Below, one piece after another: positions 12,001 through 25,600 of a DNA stretch of 64,000 nt. The notes beneath the pieces are model-generated. The model did no database searches and was not told the origin of the DNA. It saw nothing but the letters and a program-made list of their open reading frames with translations. This stretch comes from Seison nebaliae (taxonomy: Eukaryota): positions 1 through 64,000 of the forward strand of contig JALJEE010000954.1 of assembly GCA_023231475.1 (NCBI GenBank). Reading direction: 5' to 3'. Numbering within the stretch: position 1 is the stretch's first letter; every line of letters starts with the position of its first letter. The translations under genes and the position numbers were made by a program.

Positions 12001-13857
12001 GAATTTTTGACGAGCTAATGAATAATGTGGCGTACGAATTAAAATGATCAATTGAAGTAATTCATTAAATATATTTTTTTTTGGAGAAATTTTATTGTAG
12101 AATTGACATATCTCCAATGCGGAATAATAATGACCTTTCTGGAAATAAAGTAATGCTAATTTCACCAGAACAATTGTGGCGGATGATGATGTCCGATATT
12201 CTAATTGAATATTATTTTGTTGTAAATGGTTATTTTTTATACTTAATTGAATTAGTGATGAGATGTAATAAAAGTGTGCGTCATCAATGAAACCGAACAC
12301 TTCATAGATCGAGCCTAACCTCCCAAAATATTCGACGGATAAAATAGAATAATCCATATTTTTACAAATCGAAAGTGCTCGAGCAATATCGTTCGATTTG
12401 AAGATATGTTCAAGATATCGAATTATTGTTAAAGTCCATTCGTAATCCATCATTTCATAATATATTATTTCAATTTCATCGAATTTCGGTCGAATATTTC
12501 GATGCAATCGATATGAATCCATCTCAATATCCAGCACATTAATTTTCAGCGAGGAATACAAATTCTCTTTCGTATTTTTCTTATTAATAATGTTATTTAT
12601 CCATTCGTAATCGTAAGATGATGGTGCAATCATACGACGAACTTTATCAACAACCGTAACATTATATCGAAAAACTTTTGCTTTGTGCAAATTCTCATCA
12701 TCATAATCAATTTCATCGATGATTACATCGAATAACCAGAAACTTTTGTTGAGTAACAATTCTTTCGAAATCGCTTTCCAAACGATTCTGTTTCGATTAA
12801 CAAATTTGGAGAATAGTTTTTTGTTAAAAATTTTATGATTCTTACAAAAGTCAGATACGATACTCGATTTGATTCTCAATGGTAATTTGAGAATGAACCA
12901 TTTAAAATATCGTTCTTTTGCTGGTAAATATGTCAACATGATGAATGAGTGATGTATAATATATCTGCAATTGACATTCTTTCGATTATTTATGATCGAT
13001 CGAATTTCTTCAATTATCTTAATTGCTTTCGTTTCTTTCACTATTTGCAATTCGATCAATAGAGATTTTATTGCAAGTCCTGTTCGTAATAATTTGTCGA
13101 AATAAATATCGATCAAATTATTGGGTCGGATTGGCATCGATAATAATTTCCATATAATAATTTGTCTTTTCATATAAAAATTTTGAAGAATCTCATGTGT
13201 GTCATATGACTCCGGATCGATACGTTGATTATTGAAAAACTTGATTATTTCTCCATTATACGATCGTTTGATGAATACGGTTAAATTCAAATTAATTTCG
13301 GAAACTAATCCGTCGAGAATATTTTGAGCTTTCTTAAAATTCCAGTTATTAATATATAACTGAAAAGTCGATTGAATTAATCATATGATGATATAAAATT
13401 AATTCAAACTTTTGCCAGAAATAAATAATATTCCTCTCCATCACGAAAATCATTCTCTAACGTTTTTAATGATTTTAATCCCCACGAAGGAGCCATATAA
13501 TTCTGGAGATAAATACATGAAATAATTTCATGAACTATTAAATAATAACATCAATTGTCGAATAATATGCCACATTTGCGAAATAGAAGTGAAATAATTT
13601 ATCATTCTTTAAAAAACAAAATTAAGAAAATTTGGTTTTGTTTTAAGAAAAGTCTAACATTAAGTTTAATATCGTTGAGGGTGTTGAGAGCAGAAAAATA
13701 ATTCTTTCCCATGATGTTTCCAATTACTCGTACTGATAATATGAAAGTGAAAGATATTGTTTTGATATTGACTAATCATTTTGATAAGATTATAAAACAA
13801 ACTTATTTTCTTATTCAACTTATCGTCGACGATGATTAATTGATATTCGTTAGTCAT
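9046..13857 (-). CDS. Large orphan alpha-helical protein with TPR-like repeats (~1,400 aa if one gene)
   Basis: ATG at 13857 and four short GTT-AG introns lead in frame into the 837-aa ORF. TPR-like helices include YFGRLGSIYEVFGFIDDAHFYYISSL and VLVKLALLYFQKGHYYSALEIC. A GTT..AG intron at 10822-10618 would join it in frame to the 10617-9046 exons; otherwise these are two genes. Confidence 0.6.
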
Positions 13858-14867
13858 TGTCGTTAAGCAATGCTAAGTGAAAAAAATAGAATGAAACTAC
13901 TTTCTTTAAAAAGTGTTTTTGAAACCTTAAAACTTCTTCCACATTTGTCATCGTTTAACGTACCGTCTTCTCCGCATTTTTGAACAAACCGAAAGCCCGA
14001 ACATCTCTCGAAAAGGAACACTGATCAGGAGATGGGGAATTTTATTTTAGGCTACAAGTCTTAATTTGTTCGAACTTTTCTGTTTGGTTTCATGTTCAAT
14101 CATCGAGTATATAAATGGATGATGATGTCGAAATAAGAAATTTCTTTTTTTAAGAATTGTTGAATCAATTTCGAATAATCTCTTGGAATCATCTTTTTAA
14201 AAAATTATAAATTTTTTTTCTACAAGTCAAAATAAAAAATTAACTTCTATAAATGTTTGCGACTGTAAAATTTCTATTCTCTTGACTTCTATTCGACGAG
14301 GATACGTGAGGGAAGTGCGAAAAGAATGCACGTTCGTCAACTAATAAATATAGAAATAATTCTACAAACAATTTAAAATCTTAAAAATAGTTTATTCAAA
14401 AAAAACTTTCAAGTTGAGCTTCAGATAGATTTGGTAAATGTTTTTTCACTAAACTATACGCCTTTTCCAAAGAGAATGTCGATCTCTTATTAACGTCATC
14501 CCAAAAATTGTTCCAAATTGTTGATTGATTTTTTGAATTTTCTGTACAAATTATACAATAATCATATCGAATATTTTCATTAAGATTAGGTAAGAGTTTA
14601 ACTATTTCTTAATTCTTTATGAATTTGAGTTCTAGTTACGGACAGATGACATAACAATAAAAATAGAAAAATTTTCATTCTTCTTATTCGATATGGAAGG
14701 AAAGGAACAAATTACGAGTACTTAATAAGAAGTTTCACTTTCATGCTAAATAAGTTGAATTTCAACATCTCTTGTTTTCAGACATATAGGAATTACCTTC
14801 GCCATATAACCGAATTTCTCTTTCTCTCTCTTTGCGTTGTCGACGACCATACTGTATGATGGCAATA

Positions 14868-16622
14868 TTATTCTTGTAAAACTAATCGATAATATTTTTC
14901 TATTATTTCTTGGAATAATGCATTCTGTACGAATGAAAAGAACGTAGTGGGATAAAGGAAAAACTGTTTATTGTAAAAAAAATAAGTAGAAATTAAGAAA
15001 TTTCAATTAATCGATAAATTTGAGGATAAGTACACATATTGGTGGTAGAAACTTCGAAGATGTAGGCAATTGATAAAAAGGTTTTCAACGATGATTTTTC
15101 CCGTACTGTTTGTAAAATTGAAAAGTTTTCCAAGACATCATTCATTCTCTTTTTTTCATTTAATCTTTTCAATCTTTCAAGAAATGAGACGATATAATCG
15201 CAAATTACTGAATGAGATATTCGAAAGAAATATCGATCATTCTCCTGATTTGCATCGACATATTGCGTCTAAAGATTATCATAAGAAAATTATTGAGATT
15301 AACTATATTATATTTGTAACTTCGATTTTTTCAATAACTTGTTCACCAAACGAACAGATTTTAGTGGAACATTCGATACAGTTGATCATTGGATATGTGG
15401 TAGAAAGATTCGTATCAACTGCATATTCTTTTATTAGATTTGAATTGAATTCTAAATTTCCCTAAATTCAAAAATTATTTATGAGAAATTGAGAACAGGA
15501 ATAATACCCAGAATTTCATTAAATATGTATTCGATATCTGATTTTTGTCGTTCGTTAAATTTTTGTGTATTTCCTCTGGGAATTTATCTTTGATAACATT
15601 AACGTCTATTGTCTGAATATTGGTCAAATTCAAAAAAAAGAAGATACTTCTTATTAATTAATTTATTAACTTCAAATGCCTGATTACGATATCTTTCGTT
15701 ATTGAAATAAATTATTTCGTGAATCTGTTCAACATTCTCTTGCGAGTTTGCAGGAATATCATACACTCCGTCATATAAAATTGCGTAAATGGAATACGAT
15801 TCGAGAACCATATATTGAGAAGAGATTCCATTCGTAATTATTTCTTTGTCATTGCATCGTTTCATTGTATTAGTTTTTGAGGAAGGTTCCATTTTAATGT
15901 TCGTCAACTGACTAATTGGGAGAGTTAAATTATTTTTCAAATTATCATTCAATTGATTTGGGGAAATGTCATGACTGAAGGAATATGATTATATGGAAAT
16001 TAAGAGAGATAAGAAATTTAAGAACAATGAATATGGAGGTGTTAATGCTTCGTTGATATCAATACAATTACCATTTGATGATGAAATTGACAAGGATAAA
16101 TTATTTGGATTCTCTGAATGCAATCGTTGACCATGAAGAGCTGACACGATTTGGGAACTACTCATGGCACTTAATTTTTCCAATGCTTTCGTTTTACTCA
16201 ATGCATCGAGATCGGTGGATGATTGTAATTCCTTATGTCGCCTCTTGGCCAAAACTTGGATATGTGAGCTGACTTGTTTCCTTGAACGATATTTACCTGA
16301 ATATGGGTTGGTGTGAGAAAGTTGATGATTAATAGGCAAATGAATTCCAGAAATGAACCAGTTTGCTGTTGAATATAACGAGCAATTAATTCATTTCGTC
16401 CGTACATTTTATTATCATCGGACAGTATTATTTTTCGTCTACCACACGGCGGATAAAGAACCAGAGCCTCTTGAAAACTTTGTTCAATATCGGTACTCCA
16501 AACTCCTTCCGTATTATCATCTTTGTGGAACGAACAATAAAAAGAATTGTGGGAAGAAAAGAAGAATACGAACTATTGATATCATTAAGAGAATATATCG
16601 AATGAGTTGTTCGATCTGCCAT
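14868..16622 (-). CDS. TEAD: TEA-domain transcription factor (TEAD/scalloped); multi-exon
   Basis: TEA domain [46 protein letters not shown]...[19 protein letters not shown]-binding domain [18 protein letters not shown]...HSVICDY...[12 protein letters not shown]...IAYIFEVS...YRLV. Confidence 0.95.
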
Positions 16623-17608
16623 TAGTCATTGGCGATTATTAAGCGAATAGTTGAACTGTTACATAAAAATATTTGAATCAGTCTAAAACTTCCGCACAAT
16701 ATCTGAGGGAGTAGTAGGCGTTAATGGTACCAGTTACCTTCAGTTAATGAAGGAAAGACGTTTAGTTGAGGGCAATAAAGAGACTGAATAAGCAGCGGAA
16801 CTTTCAAAGAAACAGAGAATCCTTGAACATTTTAATGTTCTCTAATGTTCGGCGATTCCTCTCAATTCTCCTCAATCTTTTCTTCTTTCATTTTGTTGAT
16901 AGATGTTGTCTATTAATAACTGAGATTAAACGATTATGTAACTTTCTGTACGGACTATCTGTATAGGATCTATCTTATCAATATGTTCTCACTATATCGA
17001 TTCCACTGATGAATATCCGACAGCCTCCTTCTTCTATATCGAATTGATCAGATTATCATAAGACATGTTCTCATTCCCATAATCATACTCTCCGTTTATA
17101 CGAATATAAATAAATTCTAATTCTTCTTTCTCAAAACTTTCTTTTTTCCTCCACCCAAAACATTATTATCATTATCATCATTATCATCATCCGTTATTAC
17201 TTTTGCCTTACCGATTATTCATTTCTAGTTATTCATTTCTTTTGTCCTTCAACTTAATATTGATTTTCTTTTCTTCCACCATTTCAATAAGCGAATCAAT
17301 AACTTATTATTTACCTATAAAAACTTATTATTTAACGACCAGTTAGATCTCCTTCAACAACGACTCCTCCCTTACTCACAGTCGATGAGTGAGAGGGCAA
17401 CTCAATAAGTTTGATGAGCGAAAAATAATATTTTCATTTGATCATAAGATATTTCTATATATAAACTATTAAATTACTAATTCCTCCTCCTCATATAAAA
17501 TATAGAATTTATTAATATAATCATGTTAAACAATTTCCGTCGAATGACATTGTTGCCATCAGCAATAATTTTTTGAGTTTCTTTCATTCTTCCTTTATAC
17601 TCTCACCT

Positions 17609-20600
17609 TTACTTCGACCATTTATTTTCGATATATTCCGTCGGATTATCTAGATGTATCCGCTTCCTACAATAACTATTCAACAACGATATTCCTTTCT
17701 TTCGATCAGTCGCCGATTGATGATATCGATTGAACCATTCGCATGCTAAATTTCCCAACAATTCATTACGTAAACATTAACAATTTAAATTTACTAAATA
17801 TTAACCTAAAATGTTATAATATCTCGGAACTTCAAAATAATCCAAATATTTCTTCGAATTTCTCTCAAATGGAAATAACATTGCAAATGCTCCTCGTCTC
17901 TCATATTCGTCTTCCATTCCAATTAAACATCTGATATCATCTGGTGTTAATATTTCTAGAATTTCTTCTCTCACTTGCTGTTACACAACGGAATGAAATT
18001 ACATGTACATTACACTATTCAAAACATGAAATAAACTTCGTTTTTATAGTTTTGAAGAAAGTAGACATGTTTCGATTTTTCGTCACTTGATAATTTTTGT
18101 TGTCCCAATCGACGATCTCTCACATATAATGGGAAAGTTTTGGAAGAAAATCTTTAAAAAAACATTCGATTAGTTTGGAATGATTATGCAGTGAACTTCA
18201 TTCGTTTCATTCGTTTTTTATCCTTCTTCAAACGATCTGTGATAGCAGCAGATTTTGTCTGTGTAATTTCATCGTCCGATGTGTCACGAGGATTTATATT
18301 GGAAGTAGAATTTCGTAATTTTTTTTGTTTCATTCTAAATTCTTCGTTATCGAACAAGTTCCCACCATTTTCCACATAATCAAAAAAATTATTAGTCGTT
18401 TTCTCTGATATCAGTCCACTGGTGTTCCGATTATTATTATTCTTATTAGAAGTAGGAGTTGATGCATTGGCATATTTTTTCGCATTGCTCATAAATACGT
18501 TCGATTCGGGCATTTGAAATCCAACCGTATTCAAAAGATCAGTCATCATTCGTGATTTTATCGATACGTCAATATCAGAAGTGGAATGAAGACTGAAAAA
18601 ATTGAATTTAAAAATTTAAAGATTAATTTGAAAATTAAAAAAATTTCACATATATTATCGAAGAATAAACCTAGGTGACACATTCACTTCAATTAACCAT
18701 GGTTTTAAACGATGATCTAATAGAATATCATAACCGAATAATTCATAAATCGAATAAGGATGAGATACTACAGCTTTACTGGATGACGTGATCATTACGT
18801 CCACACTGAAAGAGACAAAAATTTGTTATTTTTATGATTCTTCTCACAAATATCATAACCTGACTAATGATTTAACAATTACATCATGAATATTTTTAAT
18901 TATATCATCTACATCAATATTCTTCGTTTTTAAAAATTTCCACAAAGTCGCCAAACTCCATTTGTGGCCAGTACATAGGTTCTCATTATCATTCTTTTGA
19001 TATTCATTATTTTTCCGATTTATACTATAATTAGTTAGATGCATAAATTTATCAGAAATCGTTTTGGAAGATATCGAATATTTTCTTGAAGCAAATCGAA
19101 CTAAACCATCGTCATGTATGTAAATTTTTAATGGATCACATGATGTTACTAAAACATATAATCGCAAATCGAATTTATAACCATTAATCAATAAAGGTCG
19201 TGCTACATACCTGTGAGAGGTAAAATTATTCAAATACAATCACTTCCTTATACAATTCAAGAAAAGTTACTAAACGATTGAACAATTATATGTTTCTTCA
19301 CCGGTATCTGTTCAAGTTTATTTACAATTTTTATGCCGATACCTCGAGCGGATGCTGGCTGAAATAGTTGTTTGAATATGATTTATGAATAGTTGAATTA
19401 ATCGCAACAACAAAAGCAAACAAACCGGTTTTATGATCCATTTCGTATTATGTCGTTGACGTTCTAATTCGAATTTAAAAAGTTGATAATCATGAGGTAA
19501 GATGTAAGTTTGTGGGAGGAAGTCGAAGGTGGTTTTCGAGAACATGTTCTGCATGTGTGACACATTTCTCCATAATCGATCTTTTCGACCGATTTGAAAA
19601 GAACTTGGAATATGATTCACCTTAAAAGAAGATCATCATTCCCCAATAGAATTCTGATTAGAATAAAAACTTTTTGAGAATCGCTTATATATTTAAACAG
19701 ATGTGGCTTCATATGTCTACCCCATGTTCCCAACCATTCTTTAGTTGTTGCACTTAATTTAAATCCAGAATGCTTCACGATTTGTTTGACGACTATTGGA
19801 GTGATTGGACATACTCGCCATTTCAAATAATGTTGGAAATATTTCGGCATTGGCTGCACTTCAGTTCAAGAAGATTAAAATTATATTAAAAAGATTTAAA
19901 TAAAGTAAAATAAAACATGCTGTATTCGTTCCACAAAACCGTATGACTCCTGGTACTCCAACGAACAAACTTTTAATGAATGGAGTTTTCGAAATCTTCT
20001 CATTGTTCTTATCTAAATAAGAATATGTTAAAATAAAGAGATTATTTAAAGAAGATCTTTTTTTAATTCATTAGAACTTCCAAATTCATCGAATAAAATT
20101 GAGGTGTTTGACGGATCCGTTTCCAAGTTTTTTACTTCTTCATCGCAGTCATCCGGTATGGCTGAAACCGTTTCCTCCATTGTCAACTGTTCAGTGGAAG
20201 TTCTTGAAAATTTCGAAAATAAAATGGGGAATTCTTTCAATGAAACTTTTCTTCAATTTTCACAGTATTGGAGAAATCGCTATTAATGATTTTTCGAGAA
20301 TATGTGGCCAGTTTGCTAATTGCGTTAAGGGCTTTGACTCGGGGCATTTTTCCGTTTGTAAATGCTCCGGTCATACCCTCGAGCGATTCTCTATTTGATT
20401 TACAGGAATTTATAATTAGCTTCTCTTTGAATTGAATATTTTCCAAGTTGGAATTAGATTTGGAATCGTTCGAAACAACCTCGTTCATGTCCAGTTCATT
20501 CAATGATGTGATCATCTCAACTAAATCATTTGAATGCTCAAAAGTATCTGTATTTATCTTTTTTTCATAAAAATTTCAATAATGCGATATCTCATTTTTT

Positions 20601-21577
20601 TAAGAATTACTAACATCTTTCGAATTAACTTCAAGAAACTCTTTATAATTCTTCCGTAATTCTTTCACATCCTTCTCTTGTCTTCCAATGTGATTCATCA
20701 ATGTTCCAGCATTCACATCATTCAAAATCATAAGATGACTTAACTTCTCATTTAATAAGTGAGTTCTCTTTTCATTATTTGCCGGTTGTTCCTTCAATGG
20801 GTTTGGCGATGATCCACCACTACTACGATCGATAGACTTCGAATTTCTCCTTTTTTTCCACTCATTTATTTTCAACGACGAACATGAACGATTTGTCAAG
20901 ACACTATTATGGGGATTTCGTTTCAATAAATAATTATTTGGAATATTCTTCGAAGTGAATGGTGCATTTCCTTCACCGTTCAATTTATTATTAGGCATAA
21001 ATTTAATATAATCCTTTCCTCGTACCACACTAGTTCGTGGTCTAGATCTTTTCTTTATTTCGAATTTTGAATTAATTCTCAAACTCTCAACTTGTTGACG
21101 ATCGTATTGAGTCTCGTTCATTTGAACGACAGTTGCCGATTTCCGATATGGAAGGAAGTTCGATTTTGTCGATCTCTCAACAACACAACCATCGTTAATG
21201 GTCATTCTCGAATATTTATTTCTCGTAAGTGGCCGATTCGGAATTAAGTCGACACTGTCCTTAATGGAAATTGTTCGTTTTTCTACATTTTTTTTCGCTT
21301 CATGTTCCTGAACACTCGCACAAAATTTGAGGAATGCTTCTTGATTTTCTTTCTTATTTTCTTTTGAAATGTTCATTTGCTGTCTATTAATCGGAAGAGG
21401 ATATTTCGGTTTCAATAAAGAGCTAGAGCGTGGCCTTCTTGGTAGAAAGTTCTTGGATATTAAGGGCTCAATGTTAATATATGGATTTAATTGGAATGGC
21501 GAATTATATTTTAAGATTTCATTCCTATTTCCATTTTGACTTGTGCTGTTGATTACATAACCGAGATCGCGATCCAT
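17609..21577 (-). CDS. TTLL4: Tubulin polyglutamylase, TTLL4-like; multi-exon with long low-complexity N-terminus
   Basis: TTL core: VNHIPSSFQIGRKDRLW, DFLPQTYILP, KWIIKP, YVARPLLINGYKFDLRLYVLV, GLVRFAS, MHLTNYSIN, GHKWSL, YELFGYDILLD..LKPWLIEVNVSPSL. The 3' end is approximate: TAA at 17609-17611, though a further exon cannot be excluded. Confidence 0.88.
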
Positions 21578-21980
21578 TTTTGCCTACTTTTCTTTTTCTT
21601 GAGAGTTTCTTTGTTTTATTTAGAACATTCTTTTCCAATTCATTAAAAAAGTAATAAGGATTTAATTCAACAAATCTAATTTACTTCTTTGTTTATTTAG
21701 TCTTTTAAAGAAAATTATTCTAAAAATATAAAACGATGAAGAAAGCTCAAATGAAGAGAGTTAATCTCAAAAAGCTGTAATGGAATCATCAATTATTGGA
21801 AGGAAGTTCGTATGAGAAAGAATTGAAACCAAAAAGAAATTTCATGTTTCCGTTAGTTATACGAGTGATAATACATGACTAATTGGATTATTAAGGAGAA
21901 ACTCACCGCTCATTCATAGAACTTAATGTTCGTGATTCGAATATATGAAAATAATAAATTCAGGTAAATCTCGTTTGTTG

Positions 21981-22334
21981 TCATGACGATTGTGTAAATG
22001 ATGATATATTACATATAATATTTCTTTCAAAACACCTAACTGAACTCACAAGGAAAATAATGTAAAGTGAAATATTTTCATGCAGGTTGATATGTGATAA
22101 ATTCGTAAGGAAATGAGGAAAATACCAAAACGATAAAGTTTCGTTTTTACCATCCATTCTCAAGAAAACATGGTACGTGCGGTATACGATTGTGCATATA
22201 TCTTCTTTGTCAGATATACGTACTCTACGTGGATGTCGAAGATCGTCAGAGCGATACATATGAGAAAGTAAGCGCATCGTCAATAATTTACATAACATAC
22301 ACCGAATGGATCGATAAATGAAAAATTCGTTCAA
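21981..22334 (-). CDS. Uncharacterised 117-codon open frame (possible exon of an orphan gene or element remnant)
   Basis: The frame is long and GC-richer than the surrounding spacer. No recognisable motif and no confident splice partners. Confidence 0.2.
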   Translation of the reverse strand: MNEFFIYRSIRCMLCKLLTMRLLSHMYRSDDLRHPRRVRISDKEDICTIVYRTYHVFLRMDGKNETLSFWYFPHFLTNLSHINLHENISLYIIFLVSSVRCFERNIICNISSFTQSS

Positions 22335-22674
22335 GGTTTTATCATGTTCATATTATTTTCTTCTCATTTACATACTTTCTCTAAAAATGACATGTTTTCT
22401 GCAACATCAAATGTTGTGAGAAAACCAATTTGCTACACACTCAATTCATTTCTTCTACTCGTATTGTCGAACTACTCTCGAGAACGAGTTTCGAACAATT
22501 AAATTAGTCATTTCAATTCGAATTATTCACATCGTATTGTTTAAGTCAAGATCCATATGTGCAATTTTTGACAATTGTCCAATTGATTTTCATCTTAAAC
22601 AATTCGATTTTAACAGAACGTTTCCAACTTCTTAATCGATCAACTTCCAACTATTACTACTACTATTAATACTA

Positions 22675-22981
22675 CACTGTGTTTCATAAATTGTGGAAGA
22701 TAGGAAATCCCATATATAATGAGGGAATTCTTTCTCTCATTGGTCTTGTTGCCATTGTAGGCCGGTAAAATTGCATATGGCAATCCTTCACTAATTTTTT
22801 TTTCATCTAATCATCTTAAAATTATGCACGTTTTATTTCATAAAAATCCAATGCTTAATATCCCTAAAAATATGGGTAAAACACATTAAAAAATTTTGTT
22901 CCTGAATTTATGAATTTTTTTTGAAACTTTTCCTCATAATACATAGGATTTATCATGGTCCACAATTTATGAAACACAGTG
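22675..22981. mobile_element. Tc1/mariner-type MITE, 307 bp, with TA target-site duplication
   Basis: Perfect 23-bp TIRs CACTGTGTTTCATAAATTGTGGA (22675-22697) and its reverse complement (22959-22981). Flanking TA at 22673-74 and 22982-83. Imperfect inverted similarity continues about 30 bp inward. No ORF. Confidence 0.9.
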
Positions 22982-23645
22982 TACCTATACCTCCTTTGGC
23001 TTTCTTCTTATTAATCTATAATTTGAGTTGACTTAACTTAGCTTATGATAATACTAACCTACAATTTAATAGATAGAATAATGTATCTTATAGAAAAGTT
23101 ATGGAGGAAAATGTCAAAAATATCATAAACCTGCATCAATTTATTCGGAATTATTAATTCGATAACTGGAGACATGTCAATGAATTTTCTATTTGATCTT
23201 TAATCTAGATTCTAATCGACAATTCCATTAATTCCTTTCCAAAACAAAACATTATTATATGTCATTCACATTCATTAACTTTTGTTTGTTCGGGAGAGAA
23301 TCATAGGAACGAGACTTCTTTTCTAAACAACAAATAAATTAGGAATTGACGAAAGAAAATAAACTTGAAACTTTTAAACTGAAATTTTTGGTAATTAAAA
23401 CAAACAGGGAACTACCGAATATAATCCATTAACATACGGCTACGAGACTGGCAATGAAATGAAAATGTTTTTAAAGAATCTTTATTCACCTTAAATAATC
23501 ATAATCAGTTAATGGAAGTGTAAAATTTTTTATTTTATGAATATTCTTTCAATTCGATTCGTTTCAAGTATGCTCACTTTTTATTAGATTGTAAGTTCGT
23601 TCTTTTCATCATATTGACATTTGACTTTATAATGTTTCCTCATTA

Positions 23646-24791
23646 TTATCCAAGTGCCTTCTTAATAATTTCTTTACTTTCCAACGACAATTTCTTCGGA
23701 TATTCAATTTCAAACGTTATTATTAAATCGCCACGTTTCTCCGTTTCGTCCACATACGGCATTCCTTCGTTCGGTATTTTTTTCGAATAATTTGGACTGG
23801 AAAATATTTTATGAACTACTTCAACTTTCACAAAAGAGAACTAACTGTATAATATCAGTCATTCTAATATCTAATCTTCTTCCATCTAATGTTGGAATGG
23901 ATACCATCAATCCAGTGAGAGCTTCCAATAAAGTGACCGTTCTCGGATAGATTAAATTGACGCCTTCTCGATGAAAGAGATCATGTGGTTTATCTCGAAT
24001 TAGGAATACCACATCTGCTGGAATGATATTTGGCTCCTGATCACCATCTTTGGGGAAAACAACTTTCGTATTTGGTAACCATCCTCGTTTCACTTCGATT
24101 GTTAAAATTTTCTCCCGTGTACGACTTGTATGACCGTCGTCATTCATTACCTAATTAATAAAATGAATTTAAGAAATATTTTTAAAAAAATTTATAAAAC
24201 ATTTCTTAAAATTTTCATTTTCTTAATACAACCCAAATACACTTCCTCCAACGTCAAATAAAGATATCGTTCCAATGGTGGTGGTTGTCGTCGTCTTCCC
24301 ATTCCATTGATGCCACCAAATGCTAAAGTTTTATCTGTTTCAGCTCGAGCGAAATATTCCGCATATGGATTATCTGTACCGAAAAAATTAGCGAATGTTT
24401 TCTTCCAGTCACCATGATAGATGTATCCTTTCGACCAATCTTGATCCCCAATCGGTACACCATTCCGTAAACCTTCTTCTCCATATTGATCGTACGTTCC
24501 TCGAGTTAATGCTGAAAATCGATCAATATTGTAAAATTATTGTTTGTAGTAAGAGAACCATTAATGAGAATTTCATACGCTTCACAAATTTCATAAAACT
24601 TCGATTTCGATTCATCACTATCTTCATGTTTCATCGGATGCCATTGCAGTGCTAATTTACGATAACTAAATAAAATTATTAACAAACAACCTTTCCTCAG
24701 ATAAATTATATTAAAATTTTAACGCTCGTTTAAGTTCAGCATCCGAAGCATCTCGATTGACTTGTAGCGTATCGTAATAACTAATTTTCAT
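23646..24791 (-). CDS. DNAJB13: DnaJ/Hsp40 subfamily B member 13 (radial spoke protein RSP16-like); 5 exons
   Basis: J domain [34 protein letters not shown]...EAYEIL, followed by FFGTDNPY, LTLEEVYLGCIKKMKI, REKILTIEVKRGWLPNTKVVFPKDGDQEPNIIPADVVF and KIPNEGMP. Four GTT-AG introns. Confidence 0.92.
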
Positions 24792-24814
24792 TGTTGCGAT
24801 ATGGTTTTCAGTTC

Positions 24815-24828
24815 ATCACCATAACAAT
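24815..24828. promoter_or_regulatory. Candidate RFX X-box upstream of DNAJB13
   Basis: ATCACCATAACAAT is a near match to the relaxed X-box RTHNYYWTRRNRAC and lies 25-40 bp before the ATG of a motile-cilia gene. Confidence 0.35.
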
Positions 24829-25600
24829 AATTTAAATTAATCTAAATTTCAAGTCGTCTTAAAATGTGTTTCACAATAATATTTTTCCATATTCAAATTT
24901 AAGGTTTAAAGAAAATTTTTATTGTCTCTCATTCAAATTCCTTTCTATTTCTATCATAATATATCTGAACACATTGATGTTCATTATTTTATTATACAAC
25001 AACTAAATCTCATAAATTTTAGTGAGGATAAATAATTGTCGATTACTTTCCCTAATTGAATTTTTGAATTTTCTTTTTGTTTATTTCAAAACAAACATGT
25101 GATAATAACAATAAAGTAATAAAGATAATGATTTTGAAAACATTTGAACTGATTCAGAAGAGTGAAAGTTTAATAATAATTCTTCTCAGAAAAGAAAGGG
25201 GTGTGAGAACGTCGAAGTGTAATACCATTTGAAAATATTAAACTTCTATGAATATTAAAAAAAAGAGAAAATGGTATTGAGAAGAAATTGAAAAATCGAT
25301 TCATTTCTATTTTTTATTCATTTATTTGGCAATCGATTTATTTTTCAATTGTCAAATAGATAAAAGTGAAAATTTTTTTGAATTTTTGAAAACGAAAAAA
25401 GAAAATCAAATTTTCTAATTTCCATTTATTTCTCTCGTAGATTGAACATTATCATCTCATTGAAAGAAGAAGAAGAAGAAGGACCGAAATATTTCCACGT
25501 TTATTCATCTCACGAATTTTCTGATCAATCAGAGGAAATCGAAGAAAGAAAAGTTGATGGAATAAAAAGTAATTGACAATTTTTTGTATATAAAAGGAAA

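Noticed and set aside
13980..14100. Loose inverted similarity TTGAACA..CGAACA / TGTTCG..TGTTCAA
   Set aside because: It needs several gaps, has no target-site duplication, and could be chance in AT-rich DNA.
17365..17425. Hairpin CTTACTCA/TGAGTGAG followed by TGATGAGCGAAA, hammerhead-like
   Set aside because: It lacks the CUGANGA core with a proper stem II and the closing stems, so it is not a credible ribozyme.
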